The position numbers and the translations under genes are program-made. Below are positions 1 through 10,960 of a DNA stretch of 64,000 bases, in pieces; position 1 is the stretch's first letter, and the number at the start of each line of letters is the position of its first letter. This DNA comes from Centroscyllium fabricii. Lineage: Eukaryota. The stretch spans positions 176,080,001 to 176,144,000 of the forward strand of contig JBNRSN020000011.1 in the NCBI GenBank assembly GCA_051313645.2. The letters run 5' to 3'. The notes under the pieces were generated by a model. That model was not told the DNA's origin. It saw only the letters and a list, made by a program, of their open reading frames with translations, and did no database searches.

Positions 1-224
1 TCGAGGGGCCCAATGGCCTACTCCTGCTCCTTAAAGAGGTATTGTGACAGGTAACCAATAGCTTGGCCAGAGAAGTAGGTTTTAAGCAACGTCTTAAAGG
101 AGGAGAGAGGGGTTTTGGGAGGGAATTCCAGGGCTTCGGGCCTAGATGGCTGAAGGCACGGCCGCTTATGGTGGATCGAATTGGTGGAACGGGGAGAAAA
201 GGATAAAGAATCTGCTAAAGGTTC

Positions 225-888
225 ACTAGGATCATTCTGGGGATGAGGGGGCTAACCTATAACGAGAGGCTGAGTAGATTGGGCCTCTACTCACTGGAGT
301 TCAGAAGAATGAGAGGCGATCTTATTGAAACATATAAGATTGTGAGAGGGCTTGATCGGGTGGATGCGGTGAGGATGTTCCCAATGGTGGGTGAAGCTAG
401 AACTAGGGGGCATAATCTTAAAATAAGGGGCTGCCATTTCAAAACTGAGATGAGGAGAAACTTCTTCACTCAGAGGGTGGTGGGGCTGTGGAATTTGCTG
501 CCCCAGAGAGCTGTGGAAGCTACTACATTGAATAAATTTAAAACAGAGATAGACAGTTTCCTGGAAGTAAAGGGAATTAGGGGTTATGGTGAGCGGGCAG
601 GTAAGTGGACGTGAGGCTAGGTTCAGATCGGCCATGTGATCTCCTGGACCAGTTTTCGATCGCCAAGATGGGTCAGAGAGGAATTTCCCAGATCTTTTCT
701 CCCAAATTGGCCACTGGGTTTTTTAATCTGGTTTTTCGCCTCACCCGGGTGATCACATGGGTTTGGGCGGGATGGAGAGTGAAAGTAGATTTGAGGTTAG
801 GATCAGATCAGCCATGATCTTGTTAAATGGCGGAGCAGGCTCGAGGGGCCGATTGGCCTACTCCTGCTCCTATTTCTTATGTTCTTAT
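225..888 (+). mobile_element. 5'-truncated CR1 LINE (ORF2 C-terminus plus long 3' UTR)
   Basis: ORF 243-614 (LYSLEFRRMRGDLIETYKI...RNFFTQRVV) is the CR1 ORF2 C-terminus. It ends in the GGCCTACTCCTGCTCCTATTTCTTATG tail shared by other CR1 copies here. Confidence 0.93.
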
Positions 889-1923
889 GCAAATGCAGGG
901 TGCAAGGGGTGCCCTGCCCTTTGGGACCTTGCCCAGAATAAAAAGAAGGAAACCGTGGTAAATGGAACTGCAGGTTGGCAATGGGAAATATTTAAGCAGG
1001 AGTTGGAAAGGCAGTAGATCACGTATATTCCAGTAAGGAGGGGAGGGGAAGAGCGAGTGCATCAAAGGCTGGGATTCCATGGATGAACAGCGAAATGAAA
1101 TTAAATCTTGACATGTAGCACTCACAGGGCAGATAATAAAAGCAGCCAGGACAAATGACTGAGTATAGAAAAGCTACTACAAGAGCAATTAGGAAGGCGA
1201 AGAGGTAGTATGGGGGAAAATACTACCAAGACAAAAAGGCTTTTTATGGGGACATTAGTAGTAAGAGGATTGTTGCAGTCTGGGTCAGGTTACTGAGAGA
1301 GCGGTAAGCTTGTAGTGGAAACCAAAGGAATGGCAAAGGTACTAAATATGCACTTTTCCTCCGTTTTTACGGATGATGGTGGAGCTTGGGATTGTAGAAC
1401 CAGAGGTGGGCGTAGAATAGCTAGTGCAGGTTATTAATCAAAGGCGATGGTGCTACAGTCACTCTGTAAGGTAGAAAAATCACCGGGAGATAATCAACAA
1501 CCAAGGATACTCAGGATGAAATCACCCGGCAATTTTCCAGAATTTGTTTGGAAATAAACTGCCAGAGGACTGACGTGTGCTCACAAAAGGAGACTGGGCA
1601 AACCAGGAAATGTTAGGCCAGTTTGTCTTTCTTTGCTCTATAATGAGGGATGTCATCCGGCATCCTCACCAACTTATACCGCTGCACAATCGAAAGCATA
1701 CTGACAAACTGCATCACACTCTGGTATGGGAGCTGCACCATCTCAGACCGGATGGCCCTGCAGTGTGTAGTCAAAACTGCCCAACGAATCACCGGCACCC
1801 AGCTACCGTCAATTGAATGCATCATAGAATCATAGAATCATAGAAGATAGGAGCAGGAGTAGGCCATTCAGCCCTTCGAGCCTGCTCCGCCATTCAATGA
1901 GATCATGGCTGATCTTTAGCAAG

Positions 1924-4803
1924 CTAGTACCCCATCCCCGCCTTTTCTCCATAACCTTTAATCCCTTTAGCTTGAAGAAATATATCCAATTCCCTGTTGA
2001 ATATGTTTAATGAACTGGCCTCCACCGCCCTCTGTGGCAGGGAATTCCACAGGCCCACCACTCTCTGAGTGAAGAAATTCTTCCTCATGTCTGTCCTAAA
2101 TGGTTTACCCCTTATCCTTAGACTGTGGCCCCTGGTTCTGGACTCCCCCGCCATTGGAAACATTCTCTCTGAATCTAACCTGTCCAGACCTTTCAGAATT
2201 TTATACGTCTCAATGAGATCGCCTCTCAATCTTCTAAACTCCAACGAGTACAAGCCCAGACTACATAATCTCTCCTCGTAGGTCATTCCTGGCATTCCAG
2301 GAATCAGCCTGGTGAATCTTCGCTGTACTCCTTCCATGGCAAGAACATCCTTCCTCAGGCGAGGCGACCAGAACTGTACACAACACTCAAGGTGTGGTCT
2401 CACCAGTGCCTTGTACAGCTGCAGTAAGGTATCCTTATTCCTATACTCGAACCCTCTTGATATGAAGGCCAACATACCATTTGCCTTCCTAACCGCCTGC
2501 TGCACCTGCGTGCTCGCCTTCAGCGACTGGTGCACAAGAACACCCAGGTCTCTCTGCACCTCCCCATCTCCCAATCTATTGCCATTTAAGTAGTAATCTA
2601 CCCTCCTGTTTTTGCCCCCAAAGTGGATAACCTCACATTTATCCACATTATAGTGCATCTGCCATCTATCTGCCCAGTCCCCCAACTTATCCAAATCTCC
2701 CTGTAACTTCCTGACACCCTCTTCAGAGCCTGCTCCCCCTCCTAGTTTGGTGTCATCCGCGAATTTGGAGATATTACATTCAATTCCCTGATCCAGATCA
2801 TTAATATATATTGTAAACAGCTGAGGTCCCAGGACAGACCCCTGCGGTACTCCACTAGTCACCGGCTGCCACTCAGAAAACGAGCCGTTAATTCCAACTC
2901 TCTGTTTTCTGTCTGCCAACCAGTTCCCTATCCACAACAAAACTTTGCCCCCAATCCCATGAGCCTTAATTTTACATGCTAATCTTTTATGTGGAACCTT
3001 ATCGAAGGCTTTCTGGAAGTCAAGGTACACCACATCTACTGGCTCTCCCCCATCTATTTTCCGAGTTACTTCCTCAAAGAATTCCAATAGATTAGTTAAA
3101 CACGATTTACCTTTTGTAAATCCATGTTGACTCTGTCCGATCTCATCCCTAATTGTCAAATGCTCCGAGATTACATCCTTGATAATGGACTCGAGCATTT
3201 TGCCCACTACTGATGTAAGGCTTACTGGTCTATAATTCCCTGCTTTCTCTCTGCCCCCCTTTTTAAATAGTGGGGTAACATTAGCCACCCTCCAATCCGT
3301 GGGTACTGATCCAGAGTCTATCGAGTTCTGGAAAATGATCCTTAAAGCACCCTCTATTTCCAGGGCTACCTCTTTAAGTACCCTAGGATGTAGATTATCA
3401 GGCCCTGGGGATTTGTCGGCCTTCAATCCCTTCAACTTCCCCAAAACCATCTCCCTAGAAATACTGATATCTGTTAGCTCCTCCCTTGCATTAGACCCTA
3501 TGTTCGCTGCTATCCCTGGGAGGTTGCTTGTGTCCTCCTTTGTGAAAACAGTACCAAAATATGAATTTAGTTGGTCTGCCATTTCTTTATTCCCCATTAT
3601 ATATTCCCCTGAATCGGACTGCAAGGGACCGACTTGGGATTTTACCAATCTTTTCCTCTTGATGTACCTATAAAAGCTTTTGCAGTCAGTTTTTATGTTT
3701 GCCGCCAGCTTACATTCGTAATCTATCTTTCCCCTCCTGATTAATCCCTTTGTCTTCCTTTGCTGTATCCTGAACTGCTCCCAATCTTGCGGCCTAGTAC
3801 TTTTTTTGGCCAATTGATATGCCCATTTTTTGGATTTAATGTTGTCCCTTATTTCCCTTGTTATCCACGGTTGAGTCACCTTTCTAGGTTTATTCTTATC
3901 CCAAACCGGTATGAACGAGTTCTGTATTTCTTCCATCCTATACTTGAATGCTTGCCATTGTCTATCCACATTCAATCCCCCCAGGAACACTGCCCAATCT
4001 ATCTTGCTTAATTCCCTTCTCATACCTTCATAATTCCCTTTATTTAAATTCAGGACCTTAGTCTCTGAGTTGATCTTTTCACTTTCCATCCCAACTGAGA
4101 ATTCGATCATATTATGATCGCTCCGACCCAAGGGGCCTCGTACAACTAGATTGCTAATTAGTCCCTTCTCATTGCACAATACCCAGTTTAAGATGGCCTG
4201 ATCCCGAGTTGGTTCCTCGACATATTGGTCCAGATACCCATCCCGTAGACATTCTAGGAATTCCTCCTCCTCAGTATTTTTACTAACTTGGCTAGTCCAA
4301 TCAATATGTAGATTAAAGTCGCCCATGACGACAGCTGTGCCCTTATTGCAAGCTTCTCTAATTTCCCTTTTTATGCCGTCCCCCACCTTCATATTACTAT
4401 TTGGAGGCCTGTATATAACTCCCACTAATGTTTTCCGCCCTTTACTATTTCTTAGTTCTACCCATATAGATTCCGTATCATCTGAGTTAATATCCTTCCT
4501 TTCAATTGCATTTATCCCCTCTTTCACCAGCAATGCCACCCCACCTCCCTTTCTTTTGTGCCGATCCTTTCTGAATGTTGTATACCCCGGGATATTGAGT
4601 TCCCAGTCTTGCCCCCCCTGCAGCCATGTTTCCGTAATTCCAATTAACTCATATTTGCTTACCTCTATTTCCACAGCTAGTTCATCCACCTTGTTCCTAA
4701 TGCTTCTTGCATTAAGATACAAAGCCTTTAGGCTTGTTTTGATCACACTATTATGAATTTGTTTGACCCTTTGTGTTTCTCTCCCTTGCTTATTGTTTCT
4801 CAC
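1924..4803 (-). CDS. CR1 ORF2: APE endonuclease plus reverse transcriptase, 959 aa, uninterrupted
   Basis: Motifs YLNARS, ITETW, GDFN and SDH (endonuclease); [30 protein letters not shown] and FADDTK (RT). Confidence 0.96.
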   Translation of the reverse strand: MRNNKQGRETQRVKQIHNSVIKTSLKALYLNARSIRNKVDELAVEIEVSKYELIGITETWLQGGQDWELNIPGYTTFRKDRHKRKGGGVALLVKEGINAIERKDINSDDTESIWVELRNSKGRKTLVGVIYRPPNSNMKVGDGIKREIREACNKGTAVVMGDFNLHIDWTSQVSKNTEEEEFLECLRDGYLDQYVEEPTRDQAILNWVLCNEKGLISNLVVRGPLGRSDHNMIEFSVGMESEKINSETKVLNLNKGNYEGMRRELSKIDWAVFLGGLNVDRQWQAFKYRMEEIQNSFIPVWDKNKPRKVTQPWITREIRDNIKSKKWAYQLAKKSTRPQDWEQFRIQQRKTKGLIRRGKIDYECKLAANIKTDCKSFYRYIKRKRLVKSQVGPLQSDSGEYIMGNKEMADQLNSYFGTVFTKEDTSNLPGIAANIGSNAREELTDISISREMVLGKLKGLKADKSPGPDNLHPRVLKEVALEIEGALRIIFQNSIDSGSVPTDWRVANVTPLFKKGGREKAGNYRPVSLTSVVGKMLESIIKDVISEHLTIRDEIGQSQHGFTKGKSCLTNLLEFFEEVTRKIDGGEPVDVVYLDFQKAFDKVPHKRLACKIKAHGIGGKVLLWIGNWLADRKQRVGINGSFSEWQPVTSGVPQGSVLGPQLFTIYINDLDQGIECNISKFADDTKLGGGAGSEEGVRKLQGDLDKLGDWADRWQMHYNVDKCEVIHFGGKNRRVDYYLNGNRLGDGEVQRDLGVLVHQSLKASTQVQQAVRKANGMLAFISRGFEYRNKDTLLQLYKALVRPHLECCVQFWSPRLRKDVLAMEGVQRRFTRLIPGMPGMTYEERLCSLGLYSLEFRRLRGDLIETYKILKGLDRLDSERMFPMAGESRTRGHSLRIRGKPFRTDMRKNFFTQRVVGLWNSLPQRAVEASSLNIFNRELDIFLQAKGIKGYGEKAGMGY

Positions 4804-4874
4804 CTTCCTACCATTTGTTTCTGGCTTCCTATGACCTCCCTCTTTTCCACTACCTATCCCAACCCCCTGCCAAG

Positions 4875-5823
4875 TTAGTTTAAACCCTCCCCAACCATGC
4901 TAGCAAACCTCCCCGCCAGGATATTGGTCCCCCTCCGGTTAAGGTGGAGACCGTCGTCCCCATACAAGTCCCACCTTTCCCAGAAACAGGGCCAGTTATC
5001 CAGGAAACTAAAGCCCTCCCTCCTGCACCAACTCTTGAGCCACGTATTAAGCTGCTCTATCCTTCTATTCCTATACTCACTAAATCGTGGCACAGGGAGT
5101 AATCCAGAGATTACAACCTTTGAGGTCCTGCACTTTAATTTTCTGCCTAGCTCCCTGAATTCTTGTTGCAGGACCTCATCCCTCTTTTTACCTATGTCGT
5201 TGATTCCTATGTGTACAACGACCTCTGACTGGTTTCCCTCCCTTTCCAGGATGCCCTGCAGCCGTTCCGTGACATCCTTGACCCTGGCACCAGGGAGGCA
5301 ACAGACCATCCTGGAGTCACGTCTACGGCCACGGAAACGCCTATCTGCTCCCCTTACAATAAAGTCCACTACCACTATTGCTCTCTCACGCCTTTTCCCC
5401 CCCAGCTGAACAGCAGAAGCAACCCCAGTGCCCGGAGGTTGGCCACTGTTGCATTCCCCTGGTAGGTCGTTCCCCCCAACAGTATCCAAAACGGCATACT
5501 TGTTCGTGAGGGGGATGGCCACAGGGGTTTCCTGCTCTACCTGCCTGGCCTTACTGTTCTTTCTGCTGGTCACCCAATTCCCTTCTGCCTGCACACCCTT
5601 AGCCTGCGGTGTGACCAGCTCACTGTATGAGTGATCCACGCACCTCAGTATCGCGAATGCTCCATAACCCATCCACCCTCAGTTCCAGTGCCGCAATGCG
5701 GTCAGTCAGTAACTGAAGGTGGACGCATTTCCCACACACATGGTCACCAGGGACTCCAGTGGTGACCCTGGCTTCCCACATGTGGCAGGAGGAGCAAAGC
5801 ACAGCACCGAGCTCCACTGACAT
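4875..5823 (-). pseudogene. CR1 ORF1 (zinc finger/coiled coil plus SGNH esterase-like domain), frameshifted
   Basis: ORF 5620-5823 has CSSC...CGKC and LTDRIAALELRV. ORF 4875-5672 has VVDFIVR (degenerate GDS), PGA, HIGINDI and DGLHLN. The frame changes near 5630-5670. Confidence 0.85.
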
Positions 5824-6199
5824 GACGTACCCCTCTAATTACTTTTACAAAAAATTTAACACCACCAAAAAAACAAGATATATACTAGGGTGCTAGTCTA
5901 CCAGAAGTCCCCGTTATACCACAGAGACCTCAGAAAAAGAAATAACAATAAAAAAAAAAAAATATCACTTACCCTGCTTGCCTTTATAGCCGCCACCTCC
6001 TGGAAAAAAGAACAAGGACCTGGAAAACTCCTGTCCTGGTCCTGCTGCCGCCGCCGACTGCTACCTCTGTCCAGGAGCCCTTCCACTTAGGTTAAGTCCC
6101 TGAAACAAAAAACAAATCAAACCTACCTTTTAAATTCCCTCTACCCCTAAAGGTTAGAGGAGGTGGAAGGGTGGGAGACACTACTAGTGTAGTGTCTCG

Positions 6200-6510
6200 G
6201 GTTTAGCAACTGCTCCACCTATATACGGGTACCAATGGATTGGCCCCGCCCCCTGGCTCCGACCTCTGCTAGGTCCGCTCTGCCCCGCCCCCTGGCTTTA
6301 AAAAAAGCCCGCGAAACTCGGTCCGCTCTGCTCGCTGCTGCTGCGGTCTCTCGGGACCCACCTAGCTCAGCTCTGCGCTGCTCGGCTCTTTATAGCCGCC
6401 TCCTCGCTGCTGTTGCAGCGCTCCGACCTCTGCTAGGTCCGCTCTGCCCCGCCCCCTGGCTTTAAAAAAAGCCTGCGAAACTCGGTCCGCTCTGCTCGCT
6501 GCTGCTGCAG
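6200..6510 (-). promoter_or_regulatory. CR1 5' UTR tandem repeats with internal-promoter-like motifs
   Basis: A roughly 90-bp unit occurs twice (about 6256-6345 and 6420-6508). The element strand reads GGGGCGGGG-CCAAT...TATATA, and CTATAAA motifs are present. Confidence 0.55.
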
Positions 6511-6859
6511 TCAAACGCTGCCTACAGAGGTCTCTGAACATTATTAAAGACCCCACACACCCCAGCCTCAGTCTGTTCACCCCCCTGCCCTCCGGGAGAT
6601 GCTGCAGATCAATCCGCACCCGCATGACCAGATTCAAGAACAGCTTCTTCCCCAGGGCTGTCAGCCTCCTGAACTCTAACAAAAAACTCCAGTATCTGCA
6701 CACCTGAAATGGACTTTATTGTATGAAATTGTATGTAACTTATTTGCACTACTCTCGGGAGCGGCGAGTCTTCATTTTGTTGTATTGTACTCGTACTCTG
6801 CAATGACAATAAAACTTGAATTGAATTGGAGAACATGACTTAGTCAGAGCTAGTCAACA

Positions 6860-7205
6860 CAGACAGACTGGATGCAGGGAGGATGTTTCCCCTGGCTGGT
6901 GGGTCTAGAACGAGGGGTCACAGTCTCCGGACAGGGTAGGACGTTTGGGACTGATGAGAAATTTCTTCACGCAAGAGGGTGGTGAACCTGTGGAATTCTC
7001 TACCACAGAAGGCTGTGGAGGCCAAGTCACCAAATATATTGAAGAAAGAGAGAGATTTCTAGACCCAAAAGGCATCAAGGGGTATGGGGAGAGCGCAGGA
7101 ATATGTTATTGAGATGGAGGATCAGCCATGATCATATTGAATGGCGGAGCAGGCTCGAAGGGCCGAATCGCCGCCTCCTGCTCCTATTTTTCTATGTTTC
7201 TATTT
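6860..7205 (+). mobile_element. CR1 3' fragment
   Basis: Degenerate ORF2 end (GGATGTTTCCC...AATTTCTTCAC) and the standard CR1 tail. Confidence 0.85.
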
Positions 7206-7444
7206 CTAATAGCAGGTTGTGCTCGACCATTCTAGTGTAATTTCTGAAGAAATAAGAGGGTAGATAAAGGGAATGCAATTGATGTGGTTTATTTTTAGTT
7301 GTAAAAGGCATTTGATAAGATACCACATGAGATTTATGGCAAAAGCTGATGGCACATGGAATTACGGTGAATGCAGTCCCATGGTGTAGAGAGATGGTTT
7401 GGAGGGCAGAAAGTAAAGGGTAGGTACATTGGCTTCTCTAACAC

Positions 7445-7970
7445 TGATGGAATACTCTCCACTTGCCTGGATGAGTGCAGCTCCCAACAACACTCAAGAA
7501 GCCTGACAACATTCAGGATAAAGCAGCCCGCTTGATTGGCACCCCATCCACCACCTTAAACATTCACTCCCTCCACCATCGGCGCACCGTGGCTGCCGTG
7601 TGCACCATCTACACGATGCACTGCAGCAACTCGCCAAAGCTCCTTCAACAGCACCTCCCAAACCCGTGACCTCTTCCATCTGGAAGGACAAGGGCAGCAG
7701 GTGCATGGGAACAGCACCACCTCCAAGTTCCCCTCCAAGTCACAAACCATCCTGACTTAGAAGTGTATCGGCTGATCCTTCATCGTCGCTGGGTCAAAAT
7801 CCTGGAACTCCCTCCCGAACAGCACCGTGGGAGTACCTTCAACACACGGACTGCAGCGGTTCAAGCAGGTGGCTCACCACCACCTTCTCGAGGGCAATTA
7901 GGGATGGGCAATAAATGCTGGCCTTGCCAGCGATGCCCAGATCCCATGAAAGAATATAAAAATAAAATAA
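7445..7970 (+). mobile_element. 3' end of a second CR1/L2-group LINE family
   Basis: MEYSPLAWMSA...TTLKK.DNIQDKAARLIG-type RT C-terminus and a GGGCAATTAGGGATGGGCAATAAATGC A-rich tail. Other fragments lie at about 19960-20135 and 40670-40905 on the minus strand. Confidence 0.7.
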
Positions 7971-9231
7971 AAGAATTTGGTGCGCTACCGGGGTCAGTAT
8001 TGGTGCTGCTCTTATTTCCTTCATACATAAATGATCTGGATTTAGGCAGTGAAGGAACAACATGAAAATTTGGGGTGGGGTTGGTATGGCAGATTGTGGC
8101 AAGGATTGTGAAAGATTGCATGAGGGCATGGAGTGACTAGCCGTGTGGGCAGACAGATGGCAGATGCAGTTTGATAAAGGAAAATGTGAACTAATATAAC
8201 TTGGAAGTAAGACTATGGCGAGGAAATATGCCTTAAATGGTAAATGGAGTAGAGGTAAGAGGGGATCCTGGAGTGCAGATACACAGGCCTCAAAAAAGAT
8301 AGCGAGTAGATAAGGCCATAAAAAGGTACATGGAATATTCTGCTGTCCAAGCAAGAAAAAAGTTACACCATGCTTTTCGGGAGGCAGCATCCAGCGTTCC
8401 CTCTAAGGATTGTGGATATGGTTGCCAATCGCCTGAGAGTGCTGACCGTAGCATGTTGATGCATGGTCCATGGATGGCTATACAGGAGCCTTTATCAATA
8501 TGGCAGGCGAGGTGGAATGTGCATGCGCACGTTGGCTGCCTTATTGGATGCTTTGGTACTTGTTTTGCTCCAAGTACGGGTGCAGCATTAACAAATATCT
8601 TGAGCCTAAATGTCTCATTTTTGGACTACAGAGATTCCATTCTACTGGTTCAAACATACAGCTTTTGTACAAAACTACGATCCAGTTCAAACTGAAAAAG
8701 CATAGCTGATGCTGTTGCCTCCTCCAGCCGTACAACCCCCTGAGAACGTGGAGTTCCACCAATTCCCGCCTCTTGCGCATCTCCGATTTTTTTTTCTTTT
8801 CTGCTCCAATTGCGGCCGTGCCTTCAGCTGCCCAGGCCCCAAGCTCTGGAATTCATAGAAACATAGAAACTAGGAGCAGGAGTAGGCCATTCGGCCCTTC
8901 GAGCCTGCTCCGCCATTCAATGAGATCATGGCTGATCATCCAAACCCAGCACCCCGTCTCTGCCTTGTCCCCATATCCCTCGATCCCCATCGAGCCTGCA
9001 CCGACACATATCCCACCCTATCCCCGTAACCCCACATATTCAATCCCCCTAACACTAAGGGTCAATTTATCATGGCCAATCAACCTAACCCGCACATCTT
9101 TGGACTGTGGGAGGAAACCGGAGCACCCGGAGGAAACCCACGCAGACACGGGGAGAATGTGCAAACTCCACACAGATAGTACCCGAGGCTGGAATTGAAC
9201 CCGGGTCTCTAGTGTTGTTAGACAACAGTGC

Positions 9232-10117
9232 TGTGGTAACCGTATTATGTAATTGATTACCACTGTATTATTGTAACAATAATGGGCTGTGCAGGTGTAA
9301 GGCACAGCCCTGTAACCTGTGTAATACTGTTGGAAGCCAGGTCAGCCACACCTCTAACTCCTCCCCCAGGTGAGGCCCCTTTATAGGTGGAAACTGACCG
9401 AGACTCCTCATTCCTGTACAGAAGTTCGTTCCGGAGGGTAGCTCCAAACTTAAGGCCCTGTCACACCTAGACGATTAAGCCAGCGTATGCAAATTTGGCT
9501 CATACGCCGGGTTACGTCAGATACGTTATGGGTACGTTATGCAGACGTTAAGAGCACGTTGGCATACGCTGGCCATAGGTTGTATACGTCGTTTAAGTCG
9601 TGATTTTTTGTGCATGCACAAAAAATCACGACGTATCAATGTTACAATTTCTACGTTCCACATGCGCTGGCCATACGTTGTAGGCACGTTAGGCGATTGT
9701 TGAACACACATTACCTTGCCCCTGTCATGCCCTGTCACACCTTGACGATTTAAGCTAGCGTTTTCCAATTTATCAAAATTTATCTAAAACGTCGGCGATA
9801 CACTGCCGCGCGCTATGCATACGTTAGACTATCGTTGGGCATAAGTTGTGAACGCTAAGCATTCGTTGGTATAAGTTATCTAAGTTATTGATACGCTCTG
9901 TGTACGTTACTAATACGTTATGCATACGTCCAATACGTTATGAATACGCTATTATACGCCCAAAACTGAAAAAAAAGGTCAAAAGTTCAGCGTTTTAGCC
10001 AAATTTGCATACGCTGGCTAAAACGTCTAGGTGTGACAGGGCCTTTAGCGATTAAAAGCCTTTAGTTACGGTAACTACTCGTCGATTCTTTTAATCGGAG
10101 ATATTGACGATACGTCA
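9232..10117 (+). mobile_element. Solo LTR of Gypsy family A containing a Harbinger MITE
   Basis: TGTGGTAACC...GATACGTCA ends, 5-bp TSD AGTGC (9227-9231 and 10118-10122), and similarity to LTR 20835-21110. Confidence 0.92.
9453..10044 (+). mobile_element. PIF/Harbinger-type non-autonomous element, copy 1 (internally deleted)
   Basis: TIRs AGGCCCTGTCACACC...GGTGTGACAGGGCCT and 3-bp TSD TTA. Confidence 0.88.
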
Positions 10118-10690
10118 AGTGCTAACCACTATGCCACCGTGCCGCCCCCCTCCCTAAACCTCTCCACCTCTCAGACTCTCCTTAAAGCATATTGGGACTT
10201 GCACTTTATAGATCACCTTTAAATGTAACTTGTTGTTGCTACTGTGCTGGTAACCCGCAGCCCTTCAAAATACAATAGAAGATTTAAATCCCCACCTTCA
10301 TAATGTTGTTCATTCTGATAAATGGACAACGTGTTTGCCAGAAAATGTTTAATGTTGGATGAGTTATTTTGCAGACCAATTTTATAATATTTGTATCTGA
10401 ACCTGTTTCATCATTCTCATTCAGCATTAAATCAAATTTGTCCGACTGCTTTATAGAAAATAATGATCTTTTGGTAGGGAGTGAGAGGTTTTGTTACAAA
10501 TAGTAGGCCATGCAATGAAAACTTCAACACACAGAATGTTTCAGCTCTGAATTATACATCTAATGAGTTTGTTTTATATATTGACGGTGCACACCAGCTG
10601 TTGAGGGTGTGCAATCAATACAAAGCAAGTCAACTCTGCACATCCAGTGTTTTTCAAGCATTGACTTTTAATGGGTGTCATGGCTATTGT

Positions 10691-10960
10691 AAGAAGTCAC
10701 ACACCACCAGATTATAGTCCAACAGTTTTATTTTAAATCACAAGCTTTCGGAGCTTTTGCCCCTTCGTCAGGTGAAAGAGAGAGACTGACTTAAAGAACG
10801 CACATATGTGCGTTCTTTAAGTCAGTCTCTCTCTTTCACCTGATGAAGGAGCAGCGCTCCGAAAGCTTGTGATTTCAAATAAAACTGTTGGACTATAATC
10901 TGGTGTTGTGACTTCTTGCATTTGTCCACCCCAGTCCAACACCGGCACCTCCACATTATT
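10691..10960. mobile_element. Penelope-like inverted terminal cassette, family 1
   Basis: Long palindrome centred near 10805, a hammerhead motif on each strand, and flanking duplication GCTATTGTA. Confidence 0.8.
10836..10872 (+). ncRNA. Minimal type I hammerhead ribozyme motif (mirror copy at 10738-10774 on the minus strand)
   Basis: UCAC-CUGAUGA-A-GGAGC(AGC)GCUCC-GAAA-GCUU-GUGA: conserved core, stem II, palindromic stem III and stem I UCAC/GUGA. Confidence 0.75.

Larger units (their letters stand above)
1822..6510 (-). mobile_element. Near full-length CR1 LINE (5' UTR, ORF1, ORF2, 3' tail)
   Basis: Two ORFs in tandem, a (TTCTATGA)n 3' tail at about 1822-1845, and a GC-rich repeated 5' end. 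Confidence 0.95.
1648..6830 (+). mobile_element. Rex1/Babar-like LINE 3' fragment split by a CR1 insertion (pieces about 1648-1821 and 6511-6830)
   Basis: ILTNLYRCTIESILTNCITLWYG...KTAQRITG resumes after the CR1 as KRCL...IIKDPTHP...RFKNSFFPRAV. It has an AATAAA plus TTGAA-repeat tail and is collinear with the copy at 12140-13548. Confidence 0.85.
8853..10147 (-). mobile_element. V-SINE (HE1-type) interrupted in its tRNA head by a solo LTR
   Basis: tRNA-like head GGCGGCACGGTGGCATAGTGGTTAGCACT, V-domain TGTGTGGAGTTTGCACATTCTCCCCGTG, and a CR1-derived tail. Confidence 0.9.

Noticed and set aside
2069-5634. Plus-strand ORFs of 68-170 aa
   Set aside because: These are antisense shadows of CR1 ORF1 and ORF2 with no independent motifs.
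6130-6225. HDV-like ribozyme in the CR1 5' UTR
   Set aside because: CCUCCU is present, but the nested double pseudoknot could not be built by eye.
8773-9198. Recurrent ORFs such as LTRTSLDCGRKPEHPEETHADTGR
   Set aside because: These are chance translations of V-SINE sequence.
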